A stretch of DNA of 20,000 bases from Gemmatimonadota bacterium (GTDB lineage: Bacteria; 4572-55; J002), in NCBI GenBank assembly GCA_003697105.1, contig RFFQ01000013.1:61902-81901 (forward strand), written 5' to 3'. The translations under genes and the position numbers were made by a program. Under the pieces are notes generated by a model, which saw only the letters and a list, made by a program, of their open reading frames with translations, did no database searches and was not told the DNA's origin. Position 1 is the stretch's first letter; each line of letters opens with the position of its first letter. Shown here piece after piece: positions 1 through 8,615 of the stretch.

Positions 1-848
1 TCCACCAACCCACCCCCGTACCAGATAATCAGAGCAATCGCCAGCGAATTGATAATTTCCACCAGCGGAAAAAAGACCGCATAATAAAAGATAGAATCCA
101 AATGAGCTTGTAGATTTTCCCGGTTGCGAACCTCAAAATCCTGCCGGTTTTGGTCTTCGCGGTTATACAATTGGACGATCTTCATCCCGGTAATCGTCTC
201 TTGCAAAAAAGTATTAATCTTAGCAATGGCGATCCGGCTACGACGGTACACCTCCCGGACATTGGTCTTAAACCAGAGGGTTGCCCAAACCAACAGCGGT
301 AATGCGGAAAAAGTCACCAGTGCCAACTTCCAATTGAACGCTAGTAAAATCCCGATAATGCCGACCAGCTTGAAAATATCGCCAAACATGCTGACCAGTC
401 CGGCAGAAAAAAGCTCCCGCAAGGCTTCCACATCTGAGGTGACCCGCGTCATTAAGCGCCCCACCGGATTGCGATCAAAAAATTTGAGCGACATGCTTTG
501 AATATGGGAAAAAATTTGCATCCGCAGATCATACATGATCTTTTGCCCTAACAACCGGGTAATATAGGTCTGGGCATACGTGAAAACAAACTCACCGACT
601 AAGACCCCAGCAAAAATCAAGATCAGCCGGTTGAATCCCTCCAAGACGCCGGGCGCAATATGATTATCAATTGCCAACTTAATGATATACGGGCGTAATA
701 GCGCAAAAATAGCCGTCGCCGCCAAAAACAGCAGCGCAATAACGACCATCCCCATGTACGGTTTGACATACGCCAGCATTCGCTTCATTAAACGGCTATC
801 ATACGCCTTACCCATTACTTCTTCTTCACGGAAATCTTTTTGACTCAA
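1..848 (-). CDS. ABC exporter, fused permease/ATP-binding protein (MsbA/MdlB-like); N-terminal transmembrane part only, runs off the window start
   Basis: Not in the ORF track because it is open at the edge. Manual translation from TTG at 848 (GGAGG just upstream) gives MSQKDFREEEVMGKAYDSRLMKRMLAYVKPY..., hydrophobic helices, and the ABC_membrane-type segments FFDRNPVGRLMTRVTSDVEALRELFSAGL and LQETITGMKIVQLYNRE. Confidence 0.9.
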   Translation of the reverse strand, partial: MSQKDFREEEVMGKAYDSRLMKRMLAYVKPYMGMVVIALLFLAATAIFALLRPYIIKLAIDNHIAPGVLEGFNRLILIFAGVLVGEFVFTYAQTYITRLLGQKIMYDLRMQIFSHIQSMSLKFFDRNPVGRLMTRVTSDVEALRELFSAGLVSMFGDIFKLVGIIGILLAFNWKLALVTFSALPLLVWATLWFKTNVREVYRRSRIAIAKINTFLQETITGMKIVQLYNREDQNRQDFEVRNRENLQAHLDSIFYYAVFFPLVEIINSLAIALIIWYGGGLV

Positions 849-938
849 CAGTACCTCCAGCCGTACATCCGAATTAAAAATCCATACGATTTATGAGCAA
901 CATACATCAAAATGAATCCAGAAGCAACGAAAAAGCCG

Positions 939-1799
939 TTAGCACACCTGCTGGAAACATTCAACAATCTGCGGCAATACCTCACTACTCGGAGCGTGGA
1001 GAAAAAAGCCCTTAGGAGTTGCCAGTGCCAAACGGCTAAACACATTGGGTTCGATGTTCACATCGATAATGATCCCCCCGCGGTGATAAACCCGTTGCAC
1101 TACCTGATTCGGTAGATTCGTCGCCCCGGAGGTACCTACCACAAGAAGTAAATCCGTTTTAGTTGCTACCTGTAGGGAGCTTTCAAAGTGATAAAATTCT
1201 TCATTATAGTATTCATCAAACCAAAGGATATGAGGCCGTGTCATTGCACCACACCGGGGACACGTGAGCAACGCCCACTGCTCACTGGTCAAATCGCCAT
1301 TTCGTGGGATACCCGGCACAGCATCCGGGATGGGATATAATGCCGACGAGCATTCGTCCGCACAACGCATAAATTCGATGTCGCCATGAATGGGGTACGT
1401 CCGGTCTAGGCTATTCCCTGCCCGTAGGTGCAAGCCATCTACATTTTGGGTAATCAGTAAAAAGCGATTTTGAAAAAGGCGTTCCATTTGCACCAATGCC
1501 AGATGCCCGGCATTCGGCTCGGCTTGCCGGCAAACCCCTCGCCGGAACAGATACCACTTCCACACCTCACGGGGTTGCCGGGAAAACATCCGGTAAGTGG
1601 CGATTTCATGAGGTTGGTAATTTTTGGAACCAATCTGCCAGTAACCCTCTTTGCCGCGAAATGTCGGGATTCCACTTTCAGCAGAAATCCCAGCGCCGGT
1701 CAATACCGTGATCTGTCCAGCGGATTGGTAAAATTCAGTTAAAGTATCCATCTGTTTTGGGTCGAGCATTGTCTCATAATCCTTTTTTAGATGTGCCAT
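939..1799 (-). CDS. cobB: NAD-dependent protein deacylase, Sir2/sirtuin family
   Basis: GAGISAESGIPTFRG, TQNVDGLH, catalytic HG, Zn cysteines CADEC...CPRC, VGTSG and the terminal DVN motif. The start may be a downstream Met (MLDPKQ). Confidence 0.93.
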   Translation of the reverse strand: MAHLKKDYETMLDPKQMDTLTEFYQSAGQITVLTGAGISAESGIPTFRGKEGYWQIGSKNYQPHEIATYRMFSRQPREVWKWYLFRRGVCRQAEPNAGHLALVQMERLFQNRFLLITQNVDGLHLRAGNSLDRTYPIHGDIEFMRCADECSSALYPIPDAVPGIPRNGDLTSEQWALLTCPRCGAMTRPHILWFDEYYNEEFYHFESSLQVATKTDLLLVVGTSGATNLPNQVVQRVYHRGGIIIDVNIEPNVFSRLALATPKGFFLHAPSSEVLPQIVECFQQVC

Positions 1800-2165
1800 T
1801 TTCCAGTTTCAATCTGCCGTTTTCAAGCAGATTTGTTGATAATTTTGGGGATAATGTAAAAATTATGTAAACTAAATTATTAAACGTTATGATTTACCCG
1901 CAAAAAAACGTGCGCTACGGCTGGAGTCGTTGCTCCAAAGCACCGTCCGCATCGCCGGCGTTTCACAATTGACCCCTCCCCCAACTCAGCGGATAGCCAC
2001 TAATTTGAGCCTCCCCGCCCCTATCTGTTTTTTTTCGGGGTTTATGAATAATTCGGGGTTTAAATTCGCAATTCCCCACTTTCAACTTGTCTCTTTCCAG
2101 TACGTTTACCGGTGCTTTTGCAGATAGTCATAAAATTATGTAAATATGGTTATGAGACCGCCCGG

Positions 2166-2951
2166 CTAGCCCGTAAAAAAGTGCTCTAGCACCTGAAGAA
2201 AACGCGCCCGTTGTTGTAGATGAGGCATGTGCCCGCAATCGGGAAGTTCCAAAACCCGCGCATGACGAACAGATGCCGCAATAGCGTGCAGTTGTGCCAA
2301 AGTACCGTACTCATCATGGGTTCCCTGCACGGCAAAAACCGGGCATTCAATTTGTGCAAGCCGATCCACAATGGACCACGTGTCAAACTCAGTGGATAAC
2401 CAACAATCTGACCATCCGGTAAACAACGAATCCGTCTTATCACCATGATATTTTAGGAGCTTATCCCGGAGCGACGCGGTTCGGTAAGCGTCCCGTAACA
2501 CAGCTATCCCCTGCCGGGTTTCGGTCTCCACAAACACATGTGCCGCAACGGTCATCACCTTGACCGGTATATCGGGAAATTCAGCGGCAAAAATTAGGGC
2601 AATCGTACCCCCATCACTGTGTCCCAACAACCAAACCAAATCCAGTTGGAACTGCGCCAGAAGTTCAGGCAAAATGGAGGTCGCCTCCTCCTGCAGGAAG
2701 TGCGGATCATGAGAAGCAGGACGCGGATCAGACAGCCCATGCCCCAAGCGGTCATACACCAATACATTTGTGGAGAGACGATGCGCTAGTACTTCCGGCA
2801 AGTCGCGCCACTGGCGCACCGAGCCCAATCCATCATGAAGCATAACGAACGGTGGGCGCGTGTGATCCGAATCGACCTGAATCCATCGCGTAAAAATACG
2901 ACCCGCCTTCGTAGTTATCATCTGGTCTGAACATCGAGGCATCACCGGCAT
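2166..2951 (-). CDS. Alpha/beta-fold hydrolase
   Basis: LHDGLGS oxyanion segment, YDRLGHGLS, nucleophile elbow GHSDGG, QGTHDEYG acid and C-terminal GHMPH histidine. Confidence 0.9.
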   Translation of the reverse strand: MPVMPRCSDQMITTKAGRIFTRWIQVDSDHTRPPFVMLHDGLGSVRQWRDLPEVLAHRLSTNVLVYDRLGHGLSDPRPASHDPHFLQEEATSILPELLAQFQLDLVWLLGHSDGGTIALIFAAEFPDIPVKVMTVAAHVFVETETRQGIAVLRDAYRTASLRDKLLKYHGDKTDSLFTGWSDCWLSTEFDTWSIVDRLAQIECPVFAVQGTHDEYGTLAQLHAIAASVRHARVLELPDCGHMPHLQQRARFLQVLEHFFTG

Positions 2952-2957
2952 TCCCCA

Positions 2958-3428
2958 TCAATTGACATAAATTCGGGCAGAACTGACCCCGTGACAACTG
3001 TTACATGCCCCCACCGAGACCGGTTGTTGCTTGAATTGCGTACCGGTAGGGCTATACACTATCGCATATACTCCTGCTCCCAGATCAATGGGTTCTGTGG
3101 TATAAAAATTCCCTTTGCGATCGACTTCCAGGGTGAGAAGCCGTTCACCCGATCCATTGACACCGCTCATCAAATCAACGGTGGTTTGGGGGTAAGGTGT
3201 GGTTAGGTCGAGTTGGTAAACGCTCCCGGACACGGTAAACACATAACCGCCAGAGCCACCGCCAGCGTGACATTCGGCACAATTTTCACCGGTTCGATGA
3301 CTCTCTGACGAAGTGTGGTCACTGCGCAAATAGCCATCGCCAGTATCACCACTATCATCATCACAAGCGACACATATCAAAAAACAAAAAACACACATTA
3401 TCCGATGAAACCATTTCTGTTTAGACAT
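2958..3428 (-). CDS. Putative di-heme c-type cytochrome lipoprotein of unknown function
   Basis: Basic N-terminus plus hydrophobic stretch ending in lipobox-like ICVAC followed by acidic DDD; two CxxCH motifs (CAECH, CNSCH). ATG at 3428 preferred over the track's 3434 start. Confidence 0.75.
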   Translation of the reverse strand: MSKQKWFHRIMCVFCFLICVACDDDSGDTGDGYLRSDHTSSESHRTGENCAECHAGGGSGGYVFTVSGSVYQLDLTTPYPQTTVDLMSGVNGSGERLLTLEVDRKGNFYTTEPIDLGAGVYAIVYSPTGTQFKQQPVSVGACNSCHGVSSARIYVN

Positions 3429-3514
3429 AAACAACCTTCTGCTAGAGTATTCGTCTTGTTGCTCTGCATAGGAGCACTCCGGTTTGTTTTAGATCGTTGC
3501 CTTACATATAAACT

Positions 3515-3553
3515 GATAACCTTCTACAGGAGCAAACCGTGTAGAAGGTTATC
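3515..3553 (-). terminator. Stem-loop downstream of hmgA (terminator-like or mRNA-stabilising hairpin)
   Basis: Perfect 14-bp inverted repeat GATAACCTTCTACA (3515-3528) / TGTAGAAGGTTATC (3540-3553), 26 bp after the hmgA stop; only a weak U-rich tail on the minus strand. Confidence 0.6.
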
Positions 3554-3579
3554 GTCATCCGTACAACATCGATATTCAG

Positions 3580-4749
3580 CTATTCCATCCAGCTCAATGG
3601 ATATTTCGGGTCATCCACTTCATCCGCATCTTTGGCGACATTGAGCGGCCGGAAGGTGTCAAACATCACGGCGTATTCTAAGGTCTCTTTAGCACCGATA
3701 GACCCTTCATATTTACCCGGTTGCGGGCTATGGGGCAACCCTGCCGGATGCAGGGTAATCGATTGGTCTGAAACACCTTTACGGCTCATGAAGTCGCCTT
3801 CCACATAAAAGAGAACTTCATCACTATCCACATTGCTATGGGCATACGGCGCTGGGATTGAGAGTTCATGATAGTCAAACAGACGCGGGCAGAAGGAGCA
3901 GATCACAAAGCCCGGCGCGGTGAACGTCTGGTGCACCGGCGGCGGCATGTGAACTTTACCGGTAATGGGCATAAAATCTTTGATATTAAAGATGTAGGGG
4001 TAGTAGTAACCATCCCAACCGACTAGATCAAAGGGATGGTGTCCCATAATGAATTCCTGAATGCCGCGATGTTGGGAGGTTGTCATTTTGACTTTGATTG
4101 TAAATTCACCGAGTTCATCCTTGGGTTCGACAAATTCAGGGGTACGAAAGTCACGTTCGCAGAAAGGCGCGTGTTCTAGCAACTGCCCATGTTTGTTCCG
4201 GTAGCGTTGGGGGGTTTCAATATGCCCGTAGGATTCAATCACCAGCAGGCGATTATCACTGGTATCAAATGTCATTTTGTACGTCACCCCGCCGGGGATG
4301 ATGATATAATCCCCGTAACCGAAGCGCATATTGCCGAACATGCTCTCAAACAGGCCTTCCCCTTTTTGGATGAAGATCAATTCATCGGCGTGGGCATTCC
4401 GGTAGAAAAAATCCACCGATTTCTCTTGGGGGGCGCAGGTGTATAGCACCGCATCGTTATTATACAGCAGTGCCCGGCGTCCCGAGACAAAGTCTCCTTG
4501 GGGTGGAAATTTCGCCGTTTCTAGGTGGCGGTGGCGGTGTCGTTTATCCGCGGAAGGCTCGATAAAAAGCTCCTGAAAATCCGGTACACGCACCACCCGG
4601 GTAGGAATATGGATATGATAAGTGTTGGAATAGACATCCGAAAAGCCCTCGCGGCTGACATGTTCCTCATAATACAAATGACCGGATTCACTCCGGTGCT
4701 GAATGTGTCGCTTAGGGGGAATACTACCCCGCTGTTGGTAAAATGGCAT
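3580..4749 (-). CDS. hmgA: Homogentisate 1,2-dioxygenase
   Basis: FYRNAHADELIFI, HPFDLVGWDG, VHMPPPVH, PYAHSNVDSDEVLFY, TLHPAGLPHSPQPG, AVMFDTFRPL motifs; adjacent to hppD. Likely start is ATG 4749 (MPFYQQRG) with AGAGGAG upstream, not 4830. Confidence 0.95.
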   Translation of the reverse strand: MPFYQQRGSIPPKRHIQHRSESGHLYYEEHVSREGFSDVYSNTYHIHIPTRVVRVPDFQELFIEPSADKRHRHRHLETAKFPPQGDFVSGRRALLYNNDAVLYTCAPQEKSVDFFYRNAHADELIFIQKGEGLFESMFGNMRFGYGDYIIIPGGVTYKMTFDTSDNRLLVIESYGHIETPQRYRNKHGQLLEHAPFCERDFRTPEFVEPKDELGEFTIKVKMTTSQHRGIQEFIMGHHPFDLVGWDGYYYPYIFNIKDFMPITGKVHMPPPVHQTFTAPGFVICSFCPRLFDYHELSIPAPYAHSNVDSDEVLFYVEGDFMSRKGVSDQSITLHPAGLPHSPQPGKYEGSIGAKETLEYAVMFDTFRPLNVAKDADEVDDPKYPLSWME

Positions 4750-4851
4750 GCCGAAATCTCCTCTATTTTCAGTGAAGAAGGCATAATGAGCCTGCCGTAT
4801 CGGACGGACATTGCCCATTATGCATTCCAAATTATAGATTGATCTTACATC

Positions 4852-5946
4852 TTACAGGTTGCCGCGTCTGGCTTGCGCCCGTTCAATGGATTCAAATAGC
4901 GCTTTGAAATTCCCTTTACCAAACCCTTTGGCACCTTTCCGCTGGATAATTTCATAGAAGAGTGTCGGGCGGTCTTGCACCGGCATGGTAAAGATTTGCA
5001 ACATATAGCCAAACTCATCTTTATCGACCAGAATGCCTAATTGCCCTAAATCGTCGATATTTTCTTCAACTTCAGGGACACGCTTTGGTAACTCATCATA
5101 GTATTCCGCCGGAACATCCAAAAAGACCACCCCGTTATCCCGTAGCTGGGTCACCGTCTGGACAATATCATTGGTATCAAAGGCAATATGTTGGACGCCG
5201 GGACCCGAGTAATATTCCACAAATTCTTGAATTTGGGACTTCTTCAAACCCACTGCCGGGCGATTGATCGGCATTTTGATCCGCTGGTTATCATTGGTCA
5301 CCACGATGGAGCGCAGAGCAGAGTATTCGGTGGAAATATCTTTATCATCGACGGTCCAAAAGCGAGTGAACCCAAACACCCGCTCATACCATTCCGCAAT
5401 TTTAGTCATTTGATTTTCCGGCTGGTTCCCCACAAAGTGATCAATGAAATTCAACCCAACCGGTTTGGTTTGAACGCGGGTTTCAAAGGGGATAAAACCG
5501 GGTAGAAACAATCCCTTATAATTATCCCGTTGCACAAAGGTATGAATTGTATCGCCATAGGTATGGATACTTGCCAGTTTCACTTCACCATCATCATCGG
5601 AGATGACAAAGGGTTCACGAACGGATGTTGCGCCTTGTTCGGTCGTGTACTTCCATGCCGCTTCGGCATCGTCAACCCAAAACGCGACATCTTTAACGCC
5701 ATCACCGTGTAATCGCAAGTGTTCGTTTAAGTCCGAGCTTGCCAGATAGGGCGTGGTCAACACCAGACGAATTTTATTTTGAACTAACACATAAGATGCT
5801 TTTTCACGGTCGCCGGTTTCTAAGCCTTGATAGGCAACCGGATCAAAACCGAACTGCGTTTGATAGTAATGCGCCGCTTGCTTGGCGTTACCGACAATCA
5901 ATTGTACGTAGTCGGTACCCATGATGGTAAAAGGGACGTTACTCAT
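4852..5946 (-). CDS. hppD: 4-hydroxyphenylpyruvate dioxygenase
   Basis: IDHFVGN, GPGVQHIAF, MLQIFT, FYEIIQRKGAKGFGKGNFKALFESIER signature; GAGGAGG RBS upstream of ATG 5946. Confidence 0.97.
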   Translation of the reverse strand: MSNVPFTIMGTDYVQLIVGNAKQAAHYYQTQFGFDPVAYQGLETGDREKASYVLVQNKIRLVLTTPYLASSDLNEHLRLHGDGVKDVAFWVDDAEAAWKYTTEQGATSVREPFVISDDDGEVKLASIHTYGDTIHTFVQRDNYKGLFLPGFIPFETRVQTKPVGLNFIDHFVGNQPENQMTKIAEWYERVFGFTRFWTVDDKDISTEYSALRSIVVTNDNQRIKMPINRPAVGLKKSQIQEFVEYYSGPGVQHIAFDTNDIVQTVTQLRDNGVVFLDVPAEYYDELPKRVPEVEENIDDLGQLGILVDKDEFGYMLQIFTMPVQDRPTLFYEIIQRKGAKGFGKGNFKALFESIERAQARRGNL

Positions 5947-6171
5947 GAAAAATCCTCCTCTTAATAGAGTTTAGGGATAAAATTAGTAAAGGGTAGGTAT
6001 TACCGCCATTCCGCCACTGGCACCGCAAAACAGGCACCCTAACGGTCAAAATCGGCTGTAAAATCAATCGACGTGAGACAAATCTGAATACGTGATCAGG
6101 GAAGAGACGTTTTAGATGTGATGTATAAAATAGAACGTTTTAGCGATAAAATCAATAGCTATTCAAGTGAA

Positions 6172-6336
6172 TTAGCGGGACGGGCGGGTTTCAAAATAGA
6201 CCAACACCCCGCCCAATCCGGCAGAAATAAAGATCAATATGGGGATGTTAGCTTCCATACCCATCATCAATGCCCCTGCATATAAAATCGCGAAAAACGC
6301 TCCGCTTTTGATTAAAAATAGCCAGATGCGGATCAG
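6172..6336 (-). CDS. Putative 54-aa two-helix membrane protein (non-canonical CTG start)
   Basis: LIRIWLFLIKSGAFFAILYAGALMMGMEANIPILIFISAGLGGVLVYFETRPSR; two hydrophobic segments; AAAGGAGG (6350-6343) 6 nt before a CTG that overlaps the helicase TGA (CTGA). Confidence 0.5.
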   Translation of the reverse strand: MIRIWLFLIKSGAFFAILYAGALMMGMEANIPILIFISAGLGGVLVYFETRPSR

Positions 6337-8606
6337 GTGGCACCTCCTTTCATTCGATGATATTGTTCTAGTGCCTGAAAAGGTACGGCTACCCCGTTTT
6401 GGGTCGCGGCACTGAGCGATAAAAACCGCTTTGCGCGGGTGATGCCTACATAAAGCAGACGCAAACGCTCGGCGATGATTTCCAAATGCGAATAGTCGGT
6501 TGGAGAATACTCCTGTTGGTCGAGTTCCCCACATAAACTCAGCAGATTCGATTTTGCTTCCGCATTGGGGTCTCCATTCAGGAATGGATAGTCACCCATA
6601 AAATAATCACTTAATTGGGTGGGAAGCCAGCCCTGATCCAACCCGACTAGATAGACCAAATCCCATTCTAACCCTTTGGCACGGTGCATGGTGGTTAAAG
6701 TGATGATCCCCGGTTTGGGTTCAAAGCCGTAGTCTTCGTCGGTTAAGCCGGTAAATTTTGTTTGGGTTTTACCTGAAATCATCGAATCCAGTTCGTGGGC
6801 GAGTTCCGGTAAGCGCCATTGGCGGTTTTGGTCTGCCCACAGGCGCACATATGTTGCGACCTTCTGTGCCGTCGCCAGTTTGGCATGAATCGCATCATCC
6901 GGTTCATCTATCGCGAGAAAGATGTCCTGCGCAATCGTCATGATCAGTTGATCGACCGGTAACTGCGTTGCGGCGAGCCATCGTCGCAATTCCGCCGCAA
7001 GGGTCGTTGCTATGACGTAAAACGAGGCAGGAAACTGGTCGCCTTGAGGCAGTACCGTCGTGGGGTCATCTTCCTCCGTGGGAAAGATCAGCTTTTCGGG
7101 GCGGAAACAACTCCGTAAAAACGAAGCAAATTTTTTGGGGTCGTCGGACTGTAATGCCGGTTGGAAGCGGTGGAGCACCTCATAAACCGCCGCCAGATGG
7201 TCTCCTTTGAGGGGTTCACCCAAAAAGACCAGAATTTTTGCCAACGTTTCCGCCACTTCACGCGATTGATCGGTGATTTGGAGCAATTCCTCATATTTCG
7301 CCCCTACCAATTTCAATTTTTCCGCCATCTGATAGCCGAGATAATTTGTTGGGACTAAAATTGCCAGGGTCATGTTGCGCCGGCTGGTAATCTCCTTGGC
7401 GCGGCGAGCAATATGGGTGAGTTCTTCATCCCGATCATAATACTCGGTAAAGCGGATATTGTTGGCGGCGTCTGGCGGGTTTTGTTGGGGGTCATCCGGT
7501 TGGGTGGGCTGAATCATCAAGCCGTTGAAGGTATTTTCGCGGATAAATTCCAAGGGATGGTCTGTCATTGTCCACCGGACTAATTGATTTGCCAGATCGA
7601 TAATCCGGGGGGCACAGCGCCCGGACTCTGGCAGTTCCACGGTGGGATGATTCATCGCAAATGCTTGCAAGTACTTCGGATCCGCAGCAGTAAACGTGCT
7701 CATAATGGACTGGTTGGTGTCACCAACCCGTACCCAATTGCCGTTTTTTCCCACCAACAGGCTCAACAGGGTCTCCTGCAGTGGGATGCTATCTTGAGCT
7801 TCATCTTCTAGGACGAATTTCCAACGCTGGCGCAAGCGTCGCCGGATGTCCGGGTATGTCTCCAGCATATCAACCGCTTTCCAGACCAGATCATCAAAAT
7901 CCAGCGCACCAATCGTTTGCACCTGCTGTTGGAAAAGGGAGTACAAGTCACTGCCTATTTTTAGAAAAAGATTACTAGCGGTGGGATGGCGTTCGATGAG
8001 GTTTGCCACAACGACCGGGGTCAAGCGCAAATTTTTAGCCGTTGTGATCACGGTGCGCCCAATCTCGTAGATAATATCCGGCAGTTTCTGGCGGATTTTA
8101 TCGCCTTCGGACCCTTCCGGCAAGAGTTCCTCCCACAGGCGAAAATGCTGCGGATACCAAATATTGACCGCCTTATGGAGCAAATTACGGCTGGAACGTT
8201 GGTCGAGAACACTAAAACCGGTCTCCAACCCCACTAACCCCGGGCTGGACTTGATGATTAGATTTGAAAGGCTATGGAGGGTGCGGACATCAAACCCAGA
8301 CGGCGGCAACCCGTATTCTTCCGCTAAATGGTGGCGAATACGGTTGCGGACGTTGTTCACGGCGGCATTTTGGTAGGTTACTACCAATACCTGACTCTCC
8401 TCAAAAGGGACGATTTCGGGCGGTACGGCACCCGGAGGGGATGGGACTATCGCATCGTTTTCATGCAAGCCGGTGGTGATAATCTTGGCGGCAAGCGCGG
8501 CAATCGTCGCCGTTTTACCACTACCGGGCACGGCAAGTACTGCCATATAACCGCCTTCGTATTGAAGAATTTTTTTTTGGGCATCCCGGGGGATAAATGT
8601 AGCCAT
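6333..8606 (-). CDS. ATP-dependent DNA helicase, UvrD/Rep (SF1A) family
   Basis: Walker A AVPGSGKT, VRTLHSL, LDFDDL, Walker B LEDEAQD, VGDTNQSI, TLTTMHRAKGLEWDLV, ERLRLLYVGITRAK. Confidence 0.92.
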   Translation of the reverse strand: MATFIPRDAQKKILQYEGGYMAVLAVPGSGKTATIAALAAKIITTGLHENDAIVPSPPGAVPPEIVPFEESQVLVVTYQNAAVNNVRNRIRHHLAEEYGLPPSGFDVRTLHSLSNLIIKSSPGLVGLETGFSVLDQRSSRNLLHKAVNIWYPQHFRLWEELLPEGSEGDKIRQKLPDIIYEIGRTVITTAKNLRLTPVVVANLIERHPTASNLFLKIGSDLYSLFQQQVQTIGALDFDDLVWKAVDMLETYPDIRRRLRQRWKFVLEDEAQDSIPLQETLLSLLVGKNGNWVRVGDTNQSIMSTFTAADPKYLQAFAMNHPTVELPESGRCAPRIIDLANQLVRWTMTDHPLEFIRENTFNGLMIQPTQPDDPQQNPPDAANNIRFTEYYDRDEELTHIARRAKEITSRRNMTLAILVPTNYLGYQMAEKLKLVGAKYEELLQITDQSREVAETLAKILVFLGEPLKGDHLAAVYEVLHRFQPALQSDDPKKFASFLRSCFRPEKLIFPTEEDDPTTVLPQGDQFPASFYVIATTLAAELRRWLAATQLPVDQLIMTIAQDIFLAIDEPDDAIHAKLATAQKVATYVRLWADQNRQWRLPELAHELDSMISGKTQTKFTGLTDEDYGFEPKPGIITLTTMHRAKGLEWDLVYLVGLDQGWLPTQLSDYFMGDYPFLNGDPNAEAKSNLLSLCGELDQQEYSPTDYSHLEIIAERLRLLYVGITRAKRFLSLSAATQNGVAVPFQALEQYHRMKGGAT

Positions 8607-8615
8607 TCGGAAACC

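Noticed and set aside
1930-2127. 65-aa plus-strand ORF in the cobB-hydrolase gap
   Set aside because: TTG start, low-complexity sequence, no recognisable motif; cannot be supported as a gene.
4750-4830. N-terminal extension of hmgA in the ORF track (MECIMGNV...)
   Set aside because: Better SD and family-like start at ATG 4749; the extension overlaps an intercistronic hairpin.
3580-5946. Incomplete tyrosine catabolism (no fahA/maiA) implying pyomelanin production
   Set aside because: hmgA looks intact and the downstream enzymes are often encoded elsewhere; absence cannot be judged from a 20-kb window.
6337-6534. First 66 codons of the 120-aa ORF 6172..6534
   Set aside because: Out-of-frame overlap with the conserved helicase C-terminal motif; only the part from 6336 down looks protein-like.
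939-8606. Sir2 plus helicase as an anti-phage system (Sir2-HerA or Thoeris-like)
   Set aside because: The sirtuin is a classical Zn-binding CobB type, the helicase is UvrD-like and 4.5 kb away, and metabolic genes lie between them.
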